Shown: piece by piece, positions 10,279 to 21,171 of the stretch
Layout: every line of letters starts with the position of its first letter
Position numbering within the stretch: position 1 is the first letter of the stretch
From: Candidatus Sulfomarinibacteraceae bacterium
GTDB taxonomy: Bacteria > Acidobacteriota > Thermoanaerobaculia > Thermoanaerobaculales > Sulfomarinibacteraceae
Direction of reading: 5' to 3'
NCBI GenBank assembly: GCA_963796455.1
Contig: CAWCLO010000007.1
Location: 64,001-128,000, forward strand
DNA length: 64,000 nt
Notes under the pieces: model-generated
What the model was told of the DNA's origin: nothing
Database searches by the model: none
The model's input: only the letters and a program-made list of their open reading frames with translations
Made by a program: the position numbers and the translations under genes

Positions 10279-11568
10279 TCAAGGCAGGAGCTGGACCCCC
10301 GGTCCGGTCGGCCTCTCGATCCTCTCGCCGGTGGCCTCCCAGGCGAGGTGGCGGCTGAGAATCAGGCTTTGAATCGGTTGGCCGTGGGCATCCGATCCGC
10401 TGACGAGCAACTTTTCCCCGCGCGTCACCAGGCGATAGGGCCGACCCCACGGATCCTCCGAAACCGGGCTCGAAATGCTGGCCGCAAGCTCGGGGATGTC
10501 TTGCGGATAGATTCCCGTCAGGTAAAACGCTGTTTCGGCCTGGTGGGAAACGCGATCCAGACTGATCCATGAGAGGCTCTGCAGAACATATCTGTTCCAT
10601 ACGCTCTCGCGAATCTGAAATCCAGGATTGAGCGGGTTTTTCGGCACGATCATCAACGAAAAACCGAGCAGAACAAGGAAAGGAATCGCCAACCACGGCA
10701 ACGAACCAATACTGATTCGCTGAGTCCTCGCGGCCTCGATCCCACGCCGCATCTCGCGGGCGATCTCCTCCTGAGTTGCCTCACGAATGAGCCCTCTTTC
10801 GAGGAGCTCCGCAATCGCTTTGCATGTTTCGAACTCGATCAGGCTGCTCTCGAGGATGATCTCGCTGACCGAGTCCTTCCCGTTGATCAGCGGATAAACA
10901 GCCATCTGATCTTCCGAAACCTGGTTGTCGCGCATCGATCCGTTCTTGGCCGGTTCGTCACCATCAAAGCTGAATTCCAGGTCGCCTACGAACTCACCAT
11001 TTGACTCGGCGACTTCGAGATGCAAGCTCGGATTGACCTTTCGAAAGACCGTATTTCGATCCGGAATCCGTTGATCGATAAACGGCCACTCGTCCGTCAT
11101 CCTCGCGCCTTCCATGATGATGGAATCCGCCGCCATCGGCTGCAAGAGGTCGCGGTCGTAGTCGATATCGGTTTCCTGCGAGAAGTGGTAATCACCATCG
11201 GCCCAGCGAAAGACCCGGTAGACGATCTGCAGAATCTGTTGTTGCAGCGCCACCCGGACCGTCTCGATCGGCACGACATGATGATCAATCAGAATCCGAC
11301 CGAGACGCTGCAAGGTCTCTTCCTGGCGGCGAAGCGCGCCGTCCAGTTCCTGCTGGCTCACCTCACCCCTTTTCAGAAGAATGAGGCCGATCATGTCCTC
11401 AGTATGCTGATTGAGGGTTGAAGCCCCGACGATACAACCGTCCTGGAACGACACCGTGACCAGGTTCTCCTCGGTTCTGAGGGTCAGGACTCCCGTTTTA
11501 CGCTGCAACGAGATCAGCTGCAGGATATCGGCGAAGGAAAAGTCTCGGAGGGTGCCTTCGAGCGCCAT
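10279..11568 (-). CDS. DUF4388 (PatA-N-like) membrane protein with C-terminal GspG-like DPWGRPY motif
   Basis: MALEGTLRDFSFADILQLISLQRKTGVL N-terminus; one TM helix; EDPWGRPY. Confidence 0.8.
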   Translation of the reverse strand: MALEGTLRDFSFADILQLISLQRKTGVLTLRTEENLVTVSFQDGCIVGASTLNQHTEDMIGLILLKRGEVSQQELDGALRRQEETLQRLGRILIDHHVVPIETVRVALQQQILQIVYRVFRWADGDYHFSQETDIDYDRDLLQPMAADSIIMEGARMTDEWPFIDQRIPDRNTVFRKVNPSLHLEVAESNGEFVGDLEFSFDGDEPAKNGSMRDNQVSEDQMAVYPLINGKDSVSEIILESSLIEFETCKAIAELLERGLIREATQEEIAREMRRGIEAARTQRISIGSLPWLAIPFLVLLGFSLMIVPKNPLNPGFQIRESVWNRYVLQSLSWISLDRVSHQAETAFYLTGIYPQDIPELAASISSPVSEDPWGRPYRLVTRGEKLLVSGSDAHGQPIQSLILSRHLAWEATGERIERPTGPGVQLLP

Positions 11569-11569
11569 C

Positions 11570-13378
11570 TTATCTCCGGTTCCAGCCGGCCACGCCCGAC
11601 TTCAGCACGATCAGGCCGAAAAGAACGAAGCACGCGGGTCGAAAATAACTGATGAGAGCCAGCGGTTCGATCTGCTCGAGGTATAGAGGAATCCAGATCA
11701 GAGCGCCGGTCAAAAAGAACCAGGCAAAGAAGCCGGTGATGAGGCCGCGAACCACCTCGCCATCCAAAAGACTCGGACTGCCGGGAATGACAAAGGCGCC
11801 AACCCGTCGCACGAGCGAGGTCACGGTCTCCCAGTGCCGGATCTGTCTCAGTTTCGCGGTCTGTTGCTCAATCGAAACCACATCACGTTTTTGAAAGACC
11901 GAAACGCACTGAGAACAGTAGACGCTACTCTCTCCGAAGCCCTGGGCCATACGGTAGAGCTTGCCGCACTTTGTGCATTCGCGCGCGGGTGGATAAGTTC
12001 GGAGACGAACCAGGAGCACGATCAAACCGAGGATGGCGCCGACGATGAAAACCGCCGAAAGCTCCGTCCCGATCTTTTTGAAGGGGTCGAGTGAAAAGCT
12101 GGAGTGACCCATGCTGAGTCGCTGGTCAGGGTCGAGCTCATCGATCAAATGATCCACATCCCTGGACGTGAGCCAGGGATAACGAATCCTTGGATCCAGG
12201 CCACGGAGACCGTTTTCCGCCGAATCACGACCGGCGATCTCTCGAGCGCGGGCCCGCGCCTCATCGCCCTCTTGGAACCTCCGGGTCAGATCGAATGCCA
12301 GGGAAAGATTGTGATACGCAAACGAATTTCGTTCGTTGATTTCGAGTGCCTGGTTGAAGAGTTGAATGGCACGTTTGGTGTTGCCCTCTTCCAACTCGAG
12401 GTTGCCGACAAAAATCAAGGGCCGGGCCTGGCCCTCGTCGAGCAACGCCGCCTTTTGAAACTGCACCTTGGCCCGTGCGGGCTCACCATGCATGCGCAGG
12501 AGTTCGCCATAGATGAGATGGTAGAGCGCGATCTCATCGAGCTCAGTTGCCAATTGGTCGGTCTCTCGAAGGCTCGAGAAATCCAGCTGCCGCTCATCCA
12601 GCATGACCGCGACTCGGTCGCTCAAGGTCCTTGCCTGGAGTTTGTTCTCCTGAATCCACTCCAGTGTCGGTACGAACAGGGAGAGAGAAAGACACGCCAC
12701 AAACGCCCAGATCCTGAGCCTCTGACCGAGATAGATCCAACTCAGGCTGAAGAGATAGACCAGAAGCCAGATGGGGCCGAGGCCGGCGAAAATAGGCAAC
12801 AACAAGATGACGACCCCGAAAACCCACGCGTTGGCCGACCGGAACATCTTGCCGCCCAACTCCCGCGCATCGTGGAGGGAGGAGCGCAAATAACGAAAGG
12901 TCACCACGACAATCATTGCCAAAAAGGCCAGCGCCAAGGAGAAGATGCTCCAATATGCCAGCCAGGCCCCGACAATTCGACGGGTCGGCTCGAAGCGGAT
13001 CAGACTGACCCAGCCGGATGCATAGCCTCGAATGGCTGCCACCGGTGTCCCTCGCTGCCAGGCCCAACGCGCCTCTAAAAAGTAACTGGTTGGATAGTCG
13101 GGATCGAGCCGCTGCGCAATGCGAACCGCCGTCTCTCCTGCAGTTCCCGGCCGTCCCTCAGCCCACCGCACCAGGGCCGTGGCAAAGGCCGTCATCCGCC
13201 GGACATCGAGCTCTCCCGCCCTCTCTTCCAGAACCTGCGCCGCCCGTTCGGCACCCGCCGCATTCCCCGATGCCAGATTCGCCTGAACCTCATGCCACGC
13301 GTCCATCAGGTTCGCCTGCACCGGAGTTGCTGCGGCGACCAACAATGAAAAAATGAAAAATAAGCGCCGAATCATCAT
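11570..13378 (-). CDS. Multi-pass membrane TPR protein with Cys-rich (CxxC..CxxC) motif
   Basis: Signal peptide, TM helices, TPR-like repeats, CTKCG...CSQC. Confidence 0.75.
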   Translation of the reverse strand: MMIRRLFFIFSLLVAAATPVQANLMDAWHEVQANLASGNAAGAERAAQVLEERAGELDVRRMTAFATALVRWAEGRPGTAGETAVRIAQRLDPDYPTSYFLEARWAWQRGTPVAAIRGYASGWVSLIRFEPTRRIVGAWLAYWSIFSLALAFLAMIVVVTFRYLRSSLHDARELGGKMFRSANAWVFGVVILLLPIFAGLGPIWLLVYLFSLSWIYLGQRLRIWAFVACLSLSLFVPTLEWIQENKLQARTLSDRVAVMLDERQLDFSSLRETDQLATELDEIALYHLIYGELLRMHGEPARAKVQFQKAALLDEGQARPLIFVGNLELEEGNTKRAIQLFNQALEINERNSFAYHNLSLAFDLTRRFQEGDEARARAREIAGRDSAENGLRGLDPRIRYPWLTSRDVDHLIDELDPDQRLSMGHSSFSLDPFKKIGTELSAVFIVGAILGLIVLLVRLRTYPPARECTKCGKLYRMAQGFGESSVYCSQCVSVFQKRDVVSIEQQTAKLRQIRHWETVTSLVRRVGAFVIPGSPSLLDGEVVRGLITGFFAWFFLTGALIWIPLYLEQIEPLALISYFRPACFVLFGLIVLKSGVAGWNRR

Positions 13379-13809
13379 TTATTGGTGTTCTGGATAAAAA
13401 GGGTACGAAGCTGGAATACGAGGTTTTCGAGTATTTGCCCCTCCTCCGGGGAGAGATTTCCAGCGGTCTTTTCCTCGAGGGCCCCAAGATAGTCGATGAC
13501 CCGCTGCGCCTCTGCCGGTTGCGCGGGAAGATCCTCAGCTCCCACCATCAGGATTTCCGCCTGGTGGGCAAGCATCGCCACCAACTCCAGGAACTTAACG
13601 GAAGTCTCGGCATTCGCCGGACCGGGCTCGTCATTGCGAACATCCGTCCGCCCGGGCTGCTTCATTTCCGGCGGCGGTTCCTCGACCGGTTGCCTCGCTG
13701 GAACCGGCTCGGGAGCATCGACACCTCGATCGCGCGGATCACCCGCAGTAGTGAACTTCCTGCGGTCAACAACCTTGACCTTGCGCGGCGGTGTTTTGTT
13801 CTCGTCCAC
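13375..13809 (-). CDS. DUF1844 domain protein
   Basis: KVVDRRKF and LEEKTAGNLSPEE motifs. Confidence 0.8.
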   Translation of the reverse strand: MDENKTPPRKVKVVDRRKFTTAGDPRDRGVDAPEPVPARQPVEEPPPEMKQPGRTDVRNDEPGPANAETSVKFLELVAMLAHQAEILMVGAEDLPAQPAEAQRVIDYLGALEEKTAGNLSPEEGQILENLVFQLRTLFIQNTNK

Positions 13810-13928
13810 TCATGTCCTCCTGAAACGCAACTCTCCCGTTCCAAGGATACTACGTAGGCGGCCAACCGCGATCAAGCGGCAACATCCCGGTGGTCCAGCG
13901 AGGTCGATATCAGAACGATATCGGAAGC

Positions 13929-14708
13929 TCAGGAGCGAAAATCAGGCTTGCGTTTTTCAAGAAACGCCGCCGTCCCCTCGCGCATTTGATCGCTCGCCGC
14001 TCCGACCCCGAAGAGTGTCGCCTCCAACAGACAACCATCATCGAAAGGAAGATCGAGGCCGTGGTTGACCGCTTCGATACAGTGGCTGACTGCCAGTGGT
14101 CCATTACCGAGAATCCTTCGCAGCAATCCCTCGACACATTCGATCAGGTCCTCCTGTCCACAAACGAGGTTGACCAGCCCGATGCGCTCCGCTTCCTCGG
14201 CAGTGACGTTGTTCCCGGTCAGAATGATTTCGAGGGCGCGACCGCGACCGACCAATCTAGGAAGCCTCTGGGTACCGGCGTAGCCTGGAATCAAACCGAG
14301 CTTGACTTCCGGCTGACCAAATATGGCATTCGAGGAGGCCACACGGAGGTGGCACGCCATGGCCAACTCGCATCCTCCGCCCAGGGCGAAACCGTTGACC
14401 GCCGCGACAACCGGTTTGGAAGACCGCTCCAGGCGGTTGAAAATCGCCTGTCCGCGCAACGAGAACTCCTTTGCCTCGACCGGACCAAGGGAATTCAATT
14501 CGCTGATATCCGCTCCAGCCACGAATGCCTTTTCGCCCGAACCCGTGACGACAATCGCAAAAGCTTCGTCGTCCGCTTCGGCCGCCACGATCGCCGTCTC
14601 GAGTTCATCGAGAATCGATCGATTCAGCGCGTTCAGTTTGTCCGGGCGGTTGATCGTGATCCACAGAATACCGTCGCGATTCTCAGTGAGCAGATTTTCA
14701 AAAGCCAT
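13929..14708 (-). CDS. Enoyl-CoA hydratase (crotonase family)
   Basis: AFVAGADISE, GFALGGGCELA and GQPEVKLGLIPG motifs. Confidence 0.93.
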   Translation of the reverse strand: MAFENLLTENRDGILWITINRPDKLNALNRSILDELETAIVAAEADDEAFAIVVTGSGEKAFVAGADISELNSLGPVEAKEFSLRGQAIFNRLERSSKPVVAAVNGFALGGGCELAMACHLRVASSNAIFGQPEVKLGLIPGYAGTQRLPRLVGRGRALEIILTGNNVTAEEAERIGLVNLVCGQEDLIECVEGLLRRILGNGPLAVSHCIEAVNHGLDLPFDDGCLLEATLFGVGAASDQMREGTAAFLEKRKPDFRS

Positions 14709-14749
14709 CTTCACCTCCGTGCGTTTCGCGGGTCAGTCTACAACGGCGG

Positions 14750-14864
14750 TGGGGCTATGGGGCATGTGAGGCTATGGGCCTGAGTCTTTGAACCTGTCTG
14801 AGGCAACAAAAAAACCCATTGCCTCATAGCCAGGCCTTGGCCGGTCATAGCCCCATAGCCTCAT
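14750..14864. repeat. Inverted octamer pair (GGCTATGR / YCATAGCC)
   Basis: ggggctatggggcatgtgaggctatggg ... cccattgcctcatagcc...catagccccatagcctca. Confidence 0.7.
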
Positions 14865-14913
14865 TCTGGAAAATCGAAAAATCTTCTGGTCTTGCGCGCA
14901 AGCCCCTGAAGGA

Positions 14914-15789
14914 CTACTTGAAGTCCGACGGCGAGACAGCTCCACCCACGGTATAGTTGAGGACGTTGGTCTGATCGAAACACGGCACGCATTGGCGGCA
15001 CGCACCATCAGAACGCTTGATCCCGTCAGCCCCGACCCGAGCGACCACTCCGGCACACATCCAGTGGAAAGCCGGTTTGCCCTCCTGCCAGGGGGCCGTC
15101 TCTCCGACGACCAGGTTCGCCGCCTCACCAAGCTGTTTGGGGGTCAACTCAACATCGCAGGAGTCGGCGCTGCGGACCTCGCCGGCCATCATCGGAGATC
15201 TGGCGACCACTTCGCCCTGCGCGCCGACGACCGCCACAAAGTACTCGACCGGTTCGAACTCGAGGCCGTTGATCCAACTCTCGAACTCTTCGTCACTCAT
15301 CTGGGCCAGCCAGCTTCGGTCCTCGGTCTTGCCCACGCTGGCTCGTTCGCGGATGGTTTCGTCGTCGAGATCCTGATTGGGATTGCGGTGATCAGAGTCT
15401 TCCTTGTCGCGCCACCACGCAGCCTGGAGATAACGTTCTTCCTCGCGCCGCCGACTATCTTCGATCTCGTGGCGATCGAGCTTGCGTTTTTCAGCCTTTG
15501 GCATCACACCCCAGAATCGGCCTTCGCCTTCGGGGTACATATCAACGAAATACAGATCCTCCACGGTGTCGTGCAGCCGCCTGAAATACAGTTTGACCGA
15601 GGTCTCTGGCTGATTGTCTTCGACGGTCGCCCAGATGGCTCCGTTGCCGCCCACTGGAATACACTTCACCTGATCCGGCGCGACCGAAGTCGGCCCGGCC
15701 GCCCAACTCGTTGCCGCACCGCCCGCGGCGCCGGCAAACCCGGCGATGAAAGCGATTGATACGATCCATCGTCTGGATATGTCCAACAT
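14914..15789 (-). CDS. Secreted hypothetical protein with several Cys
   Basis: Signal peptide; AGGAG RBS; no family recognised. Confidence 0.7.
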   Translation of the reverse strand: MLDISRRWIVSIAFIAGFAGAAGGAATSWAAGPTSVAPDQVKCIPVGGNGAIWATVEDNQPETSVKLYFRRLHDTVEDLYFVDMYPEGEGRFWGVMPKAEKRKLDRHEIEDSRRREEERYLQAAWWRDKEDSDHRNPNQDLDDETIRERASVGKTEDRSWLAQMSDEEFESWINGLEFEPVEYFVAVVGAQGEVVARSPMMAGEVRSADSCDVELTPKQLGEAANLVVGETAPWQEGKPAFHWMCAGVVARVGADGIKRSDGACRQCVPCFDQTNVLNYTVGGAVSPSDFK

Positions 15790-15934
15790 ATCGACTCCTC
15801 AAAAGTGCGTCGGAGGGATGGAAACCACTTGGTGTCCTCATTCGAGTCTACGAAGCAGGCAAAATATTGTCAACCTATTGGATGACAAATAGATACAACT
15901 CTGTGGCGGGTCCAGGCAGCGACCGACAAAAGGG

Positions 15935-16777
15935 TCAGAAGAACCGTCTCTTCACAAAAACCACGTCACCCGCAAGGACGGCCGGATCGCCGAGACGACC
16001 CTTGCGAATATGCGCCAGGTCAAAGCTGGCGATCTCTTTCTCACCATCTACGAAGCGGTGGATCTCGATCTCTTGCGAGGCGAATTTTCCCACCCCACCG
16101 GCCTGGGATATGGCCTGCATCAGCGTCAGGCCGAGCGAAATCTCATATTGTCCGGGGCGGGCGACCTCTCCGGTGATGAAAAAGAGCTTTTTGGGAGAAA
16201 CGAAGAGCACATCTCCGGAGCGAATCAGCACATCCGGACCGACCTCCCCAGTCAGCAGCTTGGCGGTTTGAAATGTCATCGGCGGCGGTGGGCCTTCGCC
16301 ATCGACCGCCTCCGGAGCAGTGCGCCGAAGTTCAAGAACATCGCCCGCGGTCGGTTTCAGCCCGCCCGCGCGCGAGAGCAACTCGGTCAGGGTGGTCCGC
16401 CCCTGAAGATAGTAGGTCCCTGGCTTCTGGATTTCTCCGAGCAAGGTCACCGGTTGCGACACAAAGAGCTTGACGGCGACCTTGAGCTGCACATCAACGT
16501 AATAGTCCTTTTCGAGGAGCTCTTCGAGGGCAACCACGATTTCAGCCGCGGTTTTGCCCGCAACGGGCACCGAACCAAGCAGAGGGAACGTGATGGATCC
16601 GGTCGGTTCGACTGTGAAATCGCCCGATATCTCATCCTGGTCGAATGCCATGATCTCGATGACATCACCGACGCCGACGCGATAGTTCTCCTCCAGGGGT
16701 GGCTGGGTCTCCTGGGCAACCGCAAAAACCAGTGGAGCGCAGGCAAGCACAAACGATAAAACGCGAGACAAGCTCAT
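15935..16777 (-). CDS. Polysaccharide export protein (Wza/Poly_export + SLBB domains)
   Basis: YRVGVGDVI, GSITFPLLG, GEIQKPG and GEVARPG motifs. Confidence 0.88.
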   Translation of the reverse strand: MSLSRVLSFVLACAPLVFAVAQETQPPLEENYRVGVGDVIEIMAFDQDEISGDFTVEPTGSITFPLLGSVPVAGKTAAEIVVALEELLEKDYYVDVQLKVAVKLFVSQPVTLLGEIQKPGTYYLQGRTTLTELLSRAGGLKPTAGDVLELRRTAPEAVDGEGPPPPMTFQTAKLLTGEVGPDVLIRSGDVLFVSPKKLFFITGEVARPGQYEISLGLTLMQAISQAGGVGKFASQEIEIHRFVDGEKEIASFDLAHIRKGRLGDPAVLAGDVVFVKRRFF

Positions 16778-16811
16778 CTTCGCACCCTAGCACACGGTTG
16801 GGCGATGAGTT

Positions 16812-18113
16812 CTAGAAGCCATAGGTCAGACCGATTGTAATGATATCGGTTGTGTAGGAAAACCTTTGCAGCGACTCGCGGTCTTCATAGACAAAAGAAC
16901 CCCACAACGAAAAGCGTGGGGTGAACCTGTATCCGAGTCCGAGCCCGAGTGTGATGATGTCATCCGATCGGGGCAGTCCCGTGATCGGGTCCGGCAACTG
17001 ATAATCATTGTTCTGGAACCTGCCGCTGGCCTGACCGAAGATCGAACCGCGATCGAGGCTGTAGAGAAGCCCTGCGCCGGTCGCCAGATAATTTGCGTTG
17101 AAGGCAAAATTCGAGGGATAGGGCATCCTCAGCGCGTCAACTCTTATGACCGAACCGTGGGCGAGATCCCAACTGAGAAATCCCTGCGTAATGAACCCGG
17201 AAAAGTCTTCGACCGGGGGATCACCGGGCTGGAGGTCATAGCTGATGACCCGATAGCCCACCCGAAGCTCCGTTCCGACGACCGGGCCAAGTTGACCCTG
17301 GATGCCCACGGTCACGTCGTTGGAGACCGAATCCCTGAAGTCATTACTCAGGAACTCGTTGTCGTGGGCGTCGAAATCCGCAACTCCGTAGCGGACATCC
17401 ATCGTGAGCGATGAATTCAGGAGATGCATCCAACCGATGCCGCCCGAAACCACCGTGTAATCGTAGAAGAATCTCGGATCCGAGTGGTCGAGATCGGCCC
17501 AATCGAAGTCCACAAATATCCCGTCCCGGTGTGTCAACCAGTATTCGACGCCCACCCGTGCGGAATTCTTGACGAAACCCGGGTCCCCAAATACCAGCTC
17601 ACCCCCCGGATCGACCAGCCGTGTCTGCAGATTTCCGAAGACGTAGTTGTAGGCGGCGTCAATAATCAGACCGGATGAAAAAACGAAACGCCCTCCGAGT
17701 TCGAAAAAGTGGGACCACTTGTCGCTCAGCTCATAGTTCTGATAGGAGGTGTATTGCGGCGAATACGAGAAGCGAATGTGTGACTGATTGATCGGCATGC
17801 GAAAAAGAAAGCGTGCACTCGCCTGGAGTACCTGGTCGCGGACAGGATTTTCCGCGGTAAAGAAGATATTGTCGCGATCCTGCCAGGTCAGCTGCACTGC
17901 GGGGCTGAATAGAAATGGACCGACGGGAATCGCATCATCGACGACACCGCCCGCCAGGGAAGTCGACTGAGCCGTCATTGGCGCCGTTTCCTGTGCCCAA
18001 AGCGGCGCCGAAACCGAGAGCATATAGGCGAGAATCGCGGTGAATAAACACCCATCCTTCAACCTACAAGCTCCCCGCATACAGGTCATTTTCTCATTGT
18101 CCAATTTCTTCAA
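16812..18113 (-). CDS. Outer-membrane beta-barrel protein, EPS-associated (start uncertain)
   Basis: Signal peptide, amphipathic beta strands, C-terminal Phe; upstream of the Wza-like gene. Confidence 0.72.
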   Translation of the reverse strand: MKKLDNEKMTCMRGACRLKDGCLFTAILAYMLSVSAPLWAQETAPMTAQSTSLAGGVVDDAIPVGPFLFSPAVQLTWQDRDNIFFTAENPVRDQVLQASARFLFRMPINQSHIRFSYSPQYTSYQNYELSDKWSHFFELGGRFVFSSGLIIDAAYNYVFGNLQTRLVDPGGELVFGDPGFVKNSARVGVEYWLTHRDGIFVDFDWADLDHSDPRFFYDYTVVSGGIGWMHLLNSSLTMDVRYGVADFDAHDNEFLSNDFRDSVSNDVTVGIQGQLGPVVGTELRVGYRVISYDLQPGDPPVEDFSGFITQGFLSWDLAHGSVIRVDALRMPYPSNFAFNANYLATGAGLLYSLDRGSIFGQASGRFQNNDYQLPDPITGLPRSDDIITLGLGLGYRFTPRFSLWGSFVYEDRESLQRFSYTTDIITIGLTYGF

Positions 18114-18645
18114 TTCAAAGGGTCAGCCAGCCGGCGCACAAAAAATCATCTAAACCACTGCTCCCAATGACTATACCATATTGGGAATCGATTCCAATTG
18201 ATCCTCGTTCAGACTGCGAGGAGGGCCGGTTTTTAAATCACAATGAGCGGATCAAAGACTGTTGAATTTTTGATCTCTCGTTTTATTTTCCTTGAATCGT
18301 TCCTCGATACATTGACAGGAACGACGCGCAAAAGTCACGTCGGTTTCTGATTCTTTCGCCACGATCCGAAAACCGAGATCCAGGCATCTCTCAGAGTGAA
18401 ATCCAAGCTGCCTGAGCCGACAACCAGGGCGATGGCGAAGGGCTGGATCACAACTCGATTGTAACCCATACACCCGTCTGATGCCGCATCTCGTCAACAA
18501 TCGATACCGAGCGAATGAACGGGCCGTCGAAAAGGATGCAACCCCTTCTATTCCGTGACTTGGAATCTGCCAGACCACATCCAACTCGAAACCCGGACGC
18601 GGAAATCCTCAAAATCCTTGCCAACCTGCGGCGAAACGTGCAAAA

Positions 18646-18663
18646 TGAATGAGTGTTCATTCA
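18646..18663 (+). promoter_or_regulatory. FadR(YsiA)-type TetR operator upstream of fadN-fadA
   Basis: Perfect TGAATGA-N4-TCATTCA palindrome next to a TTGCCA-17-CAAAAT promoter candidate (18618-18646). Confidence 0.7.
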
Positions 18664-18730
18664 CCACAGAGCATCACACGGTCCCCCGGCGCAACGCCGA
18701 TGGACCCAAATCAAGGTTGGAGGTTGATCC

Positions 18731-21157
18731 ATGGGCACTGAGATTCGCAGGGCCGCAGTTCTGGGGGCCGGGGTAATGGGTTCCGGCATTGCCGCCCACC
18801 TCGCCAACGCCGGTATTCCGGTTCTGCTCCTGGACATCGTGCCGCCGGAATTCGGCGATGACGACAAGAAAAAGGGGCTCACCGAGACCGACTCACGGTT
18901 CCGCAACAAGTTTTCGCTCGCCGGCCTCGAGGGCATCAAAAAGTCGAAACCGGCAGCCCTCTATTCGAAACGATATCTTCCGCTGATCGAAATCGGCAAT
19001 TTCGAGGACGATTGGGGCAAGCTCGCCGAGTGTGACTGGATCGTCGAGGTGGTGGTCGAGCGCCTCGACATCAAACAGAAGATCTTCGCCCGGGTCGACG
19101 AGATCCGCAAACCGGGAAGCATCATCTCCTCGAACACCTCCGGTCTCTCCATCAAAGGCATGACCGAGGGACGCTCGGATGATTTTCGACAGCACTTCCT
19201 CGTCACCCACTTTTTTAATCCGGTGCGTTACATGCGCCTTCTGGAACTTGTGGCCGGCGAGGAGACAAAAGGCGAGATTCTCGACTTTTTCACCGACTTC
19301 GGTCGCTTCCGTCTCGGTAAGGGCATCGTGTTCGGCAAGGACACTCCGAACTTCATCGGCAACCGAATCGGAACCTACGGGATCGCCGCCACCTTCAAGG
19401 CCATGATGGAAATGGACTACCAGGTGGATGAGGTCGACGCCATCACCGGCCCGGCCATGGGTCACCCCGGCAGCGCCTCCTTCGGCACCATCGACCTCGT
19501 GGGGCTCGACGTACTCGCCCACGTGACCAACACCATTTACGAGGGTTGCGCCGATGACGAACAACGTGAAGTGTTCAAGGTGCCCGATTTCCTCACCAGG
19601 ATGATCGACGCCGGTTCGCTCGGCCGCAAGACCAAAGCCAAAGGCGGCTTCTATCGGATCCAAAAAGAGGAAGACGGATCGAAAACCAAACTGGTTGTCG
19701 ACTGGAAGACCGGAGAATACCGGCCCAAGGCACGACCGAAACTCGATTCCCTCAAAAAGGCCAAGGCGACCCACGATGTCAAGAAGCGCATTCACGACGT
19801 GGTCTATTCGGATGACCGCGCCGGTGCCTTCGCCTGGCGGCTGATGCGCGATACCCTCGCATACAGCTCGATCCGGTTCGGCGAGATTTCGGATTCCATC
19901 GTCGACATCGACAACGCCATGCGCTGGGGCTACAACTGGGATCTCGGCCCCTTCGAGACATGGGATGTCCTCGGTGTGGCAAAGGTCGTCGAGAAAATGC
20001 AGTCCGAAGGCATCGAGCCCGCACCTTGGGTCAACGAAATGTTGGCCGCGGGCAACGAGACCTTCTATATCGAGTCCGCAACCGGACGCGAGTACTACGA
20101 CCCGGCGACAAAATCCTATCTCTCCGAGCCCAGACCCGAGACCTTCCTCTTCTTGCCCGAGATCAAGCGCGATGAGAAAAAGATCGTCTACGGCAACAAG
20201 AGCGCGTCCCTGGTGGATCTGGGCGACGGAATCGCCTGCGTCGAATTCCACTCGGCGCTGCAGCCGCGAATGAACCCCATCGACGACAAGATCATGGACG
20301 TCATGTACAAGGGCCTGGAGATCGCGGAACGAGACTTCCGGGGTCTGGTCATCCACCACCAGGGTGAGAACTTCTCGGCCGGTGCAAACCTCCTGATGGT
20401 CCTCGAAGGCATCCACGCCAACCAGTGGGGGGCGATCAGCGAGATGATCGAACACTTCCAGGGGATGACACGGAACCTGCTCAAGGCGCGAATCCCGGTC
20501 GTGACCGCACCCTTTGCCTATACCTTCGGCGGTGGCTGTGAAATCACCATGGGAGGAGACCGCGTCTGCGCCGCCGCCGAGACCTATATGGGTCTGGTGG
20601 AGGTCGGTGTCGGTCTGATCCCCGCGGGCGGCGGTTGCTGGGCCATGCTCGAGCGGGTGCTCGAGGGTGTCGACGAACCGGTTCTATCGAACCTCCCGTT
20701 TATCCGAACCGCCTTCGAGAACATCGGCATGGCCAAGGTGGCCACTTCCGGTGAAGAGGCCCGCGACCGCAAATTCCTGCGGCCATCGGACAAGGTGGAG
20801 ATCAACCGCGACCAACAACTGTGGACCGCCAAACGAATGGCGATCGGTCTCGCAGAAGAGGGTTACACTCCGCCGCTGCCAAAGAAGCTCAACCTTCCCG
20901 GCAAAGAAGGACTGGCCACTCTGGAGATGATGCTCCACAACATGAAACTCACCCACTGGGTCTCGTCCCACGACGAAAAGATCGGACGGCACCTCGGAAG
21001 GATCTTGACCGGCGGCGACACCACCATCAACGATCCCGTCGATGAGCAGACGATCCTCGATCTCGAACGCGAGGCCTTCCTCTCGCTCTGCGGCGAACCA
21101 AAGACCCAGGACCGCATCTCATACATGCTGGTCAACAACAAGCCGCTGCGGAACTGA
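18731..21157 (+). CDS. fadN: 3-hydroxyacyl-CoA dehydrogenase/enoyl-CoA hydratase (FadN-like)
   Basis: [22 protein letters not shown] and [11 protein letters not shown] motifs; C-terminal crotonase domain; ends KPLRN. Confidence 0.9.
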   Translation: MGTEIRRAAVLGAGVMGSGIAAHLANAGIPVLLLDIVPPEFGDDDKKKGLTETDSRFRNKFSLAGLEGIKKSKPAALYSKRYLPLIEIGNFEDDWGKLAECDWIVEVVVERLDIKQKIFARVDEIRKPGSIISSNTSGLSIKGMTEGRSDDFRQHFLVTHFFNPVRYMRLLELVAGEETKGEILDFFTDFGRFRLGKGIVFGKDTPNFIGNRIGTYGIAATFKAMMEMDYQVDEVDAITGPAMGHPGSASFGTIDLVGLDVLAHVTNTIYEGCADDEQREVFKVPDFLTRMIDAGSLGRKTKAKGGFYRIQKEEDGSKTKLVVDWKTGEYRPKARPKLDSLKKAKATHDVKKRIHDVVYSDDRAGAFAWRLMRDTLAYSSIRFGEISDSIVDIDNAMRWGYNWDLGPFETWDVLGVAKVVEKMQSEGIEPAPWVNEMLAAGNETFYIESATGREYYDPATKSYLSEPRPETFLFLPEIKRDEKKIVYGNKSASLVDLGDGIACVEFHSALQPRMNPIDDKIMDVMYKGLEIAERDFRGLVIHHQGENFSAGANLLMVLEGIHANQWGAISEMIEHFQGMTRNLLKARIPVVTAPFAYTFGGGCEITMGGDRVCAAAETYMGLVEVGVGLIPAGGGCWAMLERVLEGVDEPVLSNLPFIRTAFENIGMAKVATSGEEARDRKFLRPSDKVEINRDQQLWTAKRMAIGLAEEGYTPPLPKKLNLPGKEGLATLEMMLHNMKLTHWVSSHDEKIGRHLGRILTGGDTTINDPVDEQTILDLEREAFLSLCGEPKTQDRISYMLVNNKPLRN

Positions 21158-21171
21158 AAAGGAGCCAGGAA

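Noticed and set aside
13800..13820. Possible frameshift at the DUF1844 start (ATG AGT G GAC)
   Set aside because: The in-frame GTG is 6 nt from AGGAGG and gives a normal start.
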